DNA of 64,000 bases from a virus. Location of the stretch: IMG/VR virus record IMGVR_UViG_3300043788_000040, positions 96,001-160,000 of that record, one strand, 5' to 3'. The translations under genes and the position numbers were made by a program. Below the pieces are notes generated by a model, which was not told the DNA's origin, searched no databases, and was given only the letters and a program-made list of their open reading frames with translations. Of the stretch, positions 59,620-64,000 are shown in pieces. Every line of letters begins with the position of its first letter. Position 1 is the first letter of the stretch.

Positions 59620-60353
59620 TGGCCGAAACAGTCTACGTGCTGATGAGCCAAGAAGGCTCCGGCAAGAACAAGATGTGGCGTCCCGTTGCCGTGGTGTCCA
59701 ACCCGGACCTCGCGACCCAGTGGATGGAGTACGGCAAGGACGTGGACTGGGTTCCTCTCGAACTTGACGAGGTCAAGAACATCTCGCCGGGAAACACGCC
59801 CTCTTTCCACGCCCGCGAGACCACGCCAGGCGAAGCAAAAGCGACTGAACTGAGCGAGCGGATGGACGCAACGATTGAGCGGATGCAGAAAATCATTGAC
59901 GATCAAGCGAAGCTCATCAAGAAGCTGATGAAGGGAAAGCAGGGCGCAGCCGAAGACTCAACGCCGCCGAAGCCCTCCGGCTTCGCTGAGCGCCTGAATA
60001 ATGGCGATGAGATAGCCGACTACATAGAGACATGGGCAGGCTACCCCGTTGATAACGAATTTGTGAGTGAACGGTTTCGTGACCATCATGCTGAATTGAA
60101 GCTCTTGCCCATCACGGAGATAAAGCCGGGCTGGCAGGGCGCGAACGTGCGGAACCCAGCGAACGAGCGCAAGTATCAACGCATGAGTGTGAAGACGATC
60201 CCGCCGATACTCGTACAGGACGGCGTGATTGTAGACGGGCATCACAGGTTCCGCGCTGCCCAGAAGCGTGGCTTGACTCACCTGTGGGCGTATGTAGTAG
60301 ACTGGGACAAGGGAGATGAACATGGTGACAGTAACGTCAACGGCAGCCGCTAA
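59619..60353 (+). CDS. Protein with C-terminal ParB/Srx-like domain
   Basis: IPPILV...IVDGHHRFRAA. Confidence 0.75.
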   Translation: MAETVYVLMSQEGSGKNKMWRPVAVVSNPDLATQWMEYGKDVDWVPLELDEVKNISPGNTPSFHARETTPGEAKATELSERMDATIERMQKIIDDQAKLIKKLMKGKQGAAEDSTPPKPSGFAERLNNGDEIADYIETWAGYPVDNEFVSERFRDHHAELKLLPITEIKPGWQGANVRNPANERKYQRMSVKTIPPILVQDGVIVDGHHRFRAAQKRGLTHLWAYVVDWDKGDEHGDSNVNGSR

Positions 60354-60651
60354 GCTCAAAGAAATCTTGGAAAAACAGGACCCGATACCTGCTGCGGTGC
60401 GCATCGGTGTGCGTGGAGGCGGGTGTTCAGGCTTCTCCTACGCCTTGGAGTTTGACCACAATCCCAACGTGTCCGAGAACGATGAAGAGATTGATTTAGA
60501 CGGACTGAAGGTCAGGGTGGACAACATGTCTGCCATGTACCTTGAGGGCTGCGAGGTTGACTACGTGGAATCACTGGCGGGTGCGGGCTTCAAGTTCAAC
60601 AACCCGAATGTGACACGTACCTGTGGCTGCGGAAGCTCTTTCAGCGTATAA
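60316..60651 (+). CDS. A-type Fe-S carrier (IscA/HesB family)
   Basis: VRGGGCSGFSY, VD..S..YL.G..VDY, FNNPN...CGCGSSF. Confidence 0.93.
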   Translation: MNMVTVTSTAAAKLKEILEKQDPIPAAVRIGVRGGGCSGFSYALEFDHNPNVSENDEEIDLDGLKVRVDNMSAMYLEGCEVDYVESLAGAGFKFNNPNVTRTCGCGSSFSV

Positions 60652-61217
60652 TTATGGGAATGTCAAACAGCGACGACGAAGGGGCAATCGCAGAACGCGA
60701 AGCCCTGTTGCGGTGGGCGGACGAAGCACCGGAACATCCCGGCAGCTACGAGCGAGCACCGACCGAGGAAGAATCCGCTGCGCACAATGAAACTGTGCGT
60801 AAGTGGAAGGAACGGAAGCCACGCAGGCGACCGAAGTACGACCGATAGTTATGACTAACAAGCCAAGACGGGTCATCGTTGTTCACCTCGGCACCGAACG
60901 TGTAATCGAACTAGAAAACGGCCCGTTCAAGCTCTTCGGCAAAGACACAGAATACTACGAGGGGTGGGTCATGCCTCAGCCCCTTGATCCCTACGGCGAA
61001 CCATACCACATCGTCTTCACAGCAGACCGCATAGTGAGAGAAGCATGAACAATTGCTGCGCCCGTGGCGAGCACGAGGGCAAGGTTGACGAGTATTACTG
61101 TACAGACGGCGGCACGGTCTTCCTGTGCGAGCGCCACTTGCCGACAGCCAGCATCGTCGTGTATGATGGGAAGCAGCCGATCACGGTGAAGTACTACGAC
61201 GAGGTCTACAGCAAGAA

Positions 61218-61847
61218 ATGAAATTCCCCTACAACAAAGTCCTTGTGATTCAAGCGCAGTACCAAGCGGGGAAGCTCAGCCGTGAGGATGCGAAGGAGCA
61301 GCTTGCGTACCTGCTTGATCTGAAGAACGACAACGATTTTTGTGCCGAAGCAGCAGGCGAGCCGACCGAGTACTACAAGCCCGCAAGCCACGGTCCGCTC
61401 CTGCGGCTGTCCGATGTCTGCAACACTCTACGCCTTTTCGCACGACTGTTCTGCACGCCCCAGCCAACCGATGATGAATGGAAGAAGAAAGAACGCCTTG
61501 AGCACTACGAGCATTTCCAGAAGGTAGACTTGGCGATCTCAAAAAGTTCTCTGCTGGATCGCCTGTTCTTCCAAGAAGAAGGCGTCCGCACAGTTCCTTG
61601 CCCCGAGCACAAGGGACGTTGGAGCGGATGCGTTTGGGACAAGCTGCCGTGCGGCTGCCAAAACGGCGCGAACGTGACGGGCTGGCTGCCGCTGCCGGAG
61701 GATGAGGGCTACGTGGATGCCCCCGAGGCTCCGCTCTGTGACTTCTGCGGCAAGCCGCCACGCAAACAAGGGCTATGGAGCAGCCGGGTTGACAACAAGC
61801 ACGGGCACCCTGAGTGCATGGACAAGAATCCAATGGTGAAGCCATGA
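61218..61847 (+). CDS. Hypothetical Cys-rich protein
   Basis: CPEHKGRWSGC...CGC...TGWLP; CDFC..H.EC. Confidence 0.7.
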   Translation: MKFPYNKVLVIQAQYQAGKLSREDAKEQLAYLLDLKNDNDFCAEAAGEPTEYYKPASHGPLLRLSDVCNTLRLFARLFCTPQPTDDEWKKKERLEHYEHFQKVDLAISKSSLLDRLFFQEEGVRTVPCPEHKGRWSGCVWDKLPCGCQNGANVTGWLPLPEDEGYVDAPEAPLCDFCGKPPRKQGLWSSRVDNKHGHPECMDKNPMVKP

Positions 61848-62690
61848 TCGGCGCAGGCACAACAGCAACCGCTATTGACTGGCACAACCGTGTGAACTAC
61901 TCGTCCCAACCCCCGACCGGAGGCTGGGACTACGAAGACGGCACACGCTACGCCAACTCGTACTGTTCGCCTTCAAAGCCCGAACCGCCGAACCCACGCA
62001 AAGACCCCAAGAACTGGGCGCTGTGGTTCAGGGAGTTTCTGGCTGAAATCTTTCCCCGTGTCCGTATGGAGATTCTGACTCCAGCGGAGCCGATCTTGCA
62101 GAGACTTGCATACCGCTGCCGATCCGGTACAATCCCCATTCGTGAGTGGAAGATGAAGAACTGGGTGCAAGCCTTAAACCAGCAAATCTGAAAATTCCCG
62201 GTATTTGTTTCCCTAATAGGCGGATCAACCGCTAGAAAGGGAAACATGTACAAACAACCTAAAGCACCACGGCAGCGTACTCCGCGTTGCCCGCACCCCA
62301 ATTGCCCATCAAATCAGGAGCCTTGGAACGACCCTTGGGAAGAGGCGCAATGCACTCTTAACAAGCCCCTTTGGATGGTCATACCGCCCGAGGGAGTCCA
62401 TATCTCATGCCCGGTTCACCCGGAAGGGCACCACATCTACGGGCCGAGCATCACGTGGATGGAGGATCGTCTTCCCGACCCTCCCGGCACAACCCCTTGG
62501 GACTACAGGGAGACCAACCTGCCTGACCGTAAAAACGAGCCGAAATGCACCGGGACGGGCTTCACGGGAAATGACACATTTAAGTTCTCAATGTGATTTT
62601 CCCTAATTTCGGGTATTATAGTAGAGCAGTCAAATCCAACCGACTTTAAGCAGACAGGTCTTAGTCGGTGACCTGAAAAGGAGACCCACC

Positions 62691-63557
62691 ATGGTCTATA
62701 GCCCGAACAAGGTAGTAGCTTGCGTTAAAGTGGACGGAAAGATTCTGCGTGAAGACGGTAATGCTGTCACGCTGCCTTTCGGTTCCGAGTATTCCGTTTT
62801 CATCAAAAACCTCAACCCACGCCGCATCAAGGTCAAAGTGTCTGTAGACGGTACCGACGCCACGGAAGGCGCTTGGCTCGTCGTGGAACCGAACTCAGAC
62901 TTCAACCTAGAACGCTTCATCCGTGCAGGCAACATGGAGAGAGGCAACCGCTTCAAGTTCATTGAGCGCACTGCGGCAATTGAAGAGCACCGGGGCATCA
63001 AGGCGGACGATGGTCTGATCCGCATTGAGTACCAAGTTGAGAAGGAAAAACCCCTCGTCATTGACGTTGAAGAGCATTACCACCACTACGATCATTACGA
63101 TTCGTGGCCTCGCCCGTGGCGGTACAGTGGCATCGCCCGTGGCGCTTCCCTTGGAAGCACTTTGAAGTCCGCCCAGCGACCGCTCCGACCCAGCGCAAGC
63201 GCAGGGAATCGGAAAGAAAGCGCAAAGAAGAGCGTTCGCCCCACGGGCGGCGCGGAATTCGGCGACCAACTCGGCTTTGAATCAACGATGGACTCGGCGG
63301 TGGTACAGTGCTCTTTCAACGACCAAGGCATCACCGTGCCGGGCAGCGAGTCTAACCAGCAGTTTCGTTGGACAGCAGGGTTTGAGACGGGACCGAGTGA
63401 GGTCATCGTTCTCCAGCTTCGTGGCTGCATCGCTGGCAAAGAAGTGGTCAAAGCAGTGACCGTGGAAACCAAGCTCCGTTGCGTGACGTGCAACAAGACG
63501 TCAAAGAGCACGGAGAAATTCTGCGGACAGTGCGGCACTGCTCTGGAGATCATCTAA
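62691..63557 (+). CDS. Conserved phage hypothetical protein with C-terminal zinc ribbon
   Basis: GKILRE...LPFGSEYS...VSVDG...FKFIE; CVTC...FCGQCG; AAGGAG RBS. Confidence 0.85.
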   Translation: MVYSPNKVVACVKVDGKILREDGNAVTLPFGSEYSVFIKNLNPRRIKVKVSVDGTDATEGAWLVVEPNSDFNLERFIRAGNMERGNRFKFIERTAAIEEHRGIKADDGLIRIEYQVEKEKPLVIDVEEHYHHYDHYDSWPRPWRYSGIARGASLGSTLKSAQRPLRPSASAGNRKESAKKSVRPTGGAEFGDQLGFESTMDSAVVQCSFNDQGITVPGSESNQQFRWTAGFETGPSEVIVLQLRGCIAGKEVVKAVTVETKLRCVTCNKTSKSTEKFCGQCGTALEII

Positions 63558-63579
63558 CTAAATCGGGTATTAGATAGGC

Positions 63580-64000
63580 ATGACGCCTCAAGAACATCAT
63601 GCCTATCTTGATACCTGTTGCGAGTACGCCCGAATGTCCCCCTGCGCGAAGGCGCGGGTAGGCGCTCTAGTAGTGTCGGCTGGTCAGGTCGTCGGTACTG
63701 GCTACAACCATTCTCCAAATCCCGCATGCAACGATTGCGCCACGATGTGCTCTGGCGGTATCCGTAAAGGCATCCCCTCCGGCACACGGCTGGAACTTTG
63801 CTACGCCGTCCACGCAGAGCAGTGGGCGATCCACGAGGCCGGACCACTCGCCAAGGGCGGCACGCTCTACGTCGCATCGTTTGACCAGGACTGGAAGAGG
63901 CGGCTCAAAGACCCGTCCCTCCCGCTGGGGCATCCCATGCGGGGTTTCTACTGCTCCCTCTGCGCCCGTGCCATCTGGATGGCGGGCATTGATCTTGTCA
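63580..64000 (+). CDS. dCMP deaminase-like protein, runs off the window (not in track)
   Basis: Translated by eye: SPC.K.RVGA.V...GYN...CYAVHAEQ...TLYV...CSLCAR.I..AGI. Confidence 0.88.
   Translation, partial: MTPQEHHAYLDTCCEYARMSPCAKARVGALVVSAGQVVGTGYNHSPNPACNDCATMCSGGIRKGIPSGTRLELCYAVHAEQWAIHEAGPLAKGGTLYVASFDQDWKRRLKDPSLPLGHPMRGFYCSLCARAIWMAGIDLV

Noticed and set aside
1-64000. Alternative genetic code (stop-codon reassignment)
   Set aside because: Recognisable genes are full length in the standard code and end in TAA, TAG and TGA.

Overview
Gene-dense 64-kb segment of a large (jumbo-type) bacteriophage genome. Most genes are short, often overlapping, plus-strand ORFs, and there is a minus-strand block of modular, repeat-rich, virion-surface-like proteins (21.2-28.9 kb). 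No capsid, terminase, integrase, rRNA or CRISPR array is visible. Several envelope-type genes resemble, from recollection, Acidobacteriota proteins, so an acidobacterial host is inferred. Recognisable genes: DnaX, a NusG paralogue, a C-terminal half SbcC/Rad50, SNF2 helicase, PhoH, peptide deformylase, IscA/HesB, dCMP deaminase, NUDIX, MazG-like, HD and HD-GYP-like proteins, phosphatases and three free-standing endonucleases. There is also an unusually complete RNA end-healing and ligation kit: a DRB0094/Rnl5-type ligase, PNK/phosphatase, Rnl1, a CCA-adding enzyme, and Ro60/TROVE with two upstream Y-RNA-like elements. The most striking unannotated element is a self-contained minus-strand non-coding unit at about 24800-25022. 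It holds a tRNA-Sec-like 8/4 cloverleaf with an Ile (GAU) anticodon, clamped by an 11-bp leader/trailer helix and followed by a perfect 16-nt antisense copy of its own anticodon arm and a terminator, i.e. an apparently self-locking allo-tRNA. Three recurring promoter-like motifs, widespread leaderless starts and several switch-like 5' leaders are also seen. All family assignments come from motif recognition by eye, not from database searches.
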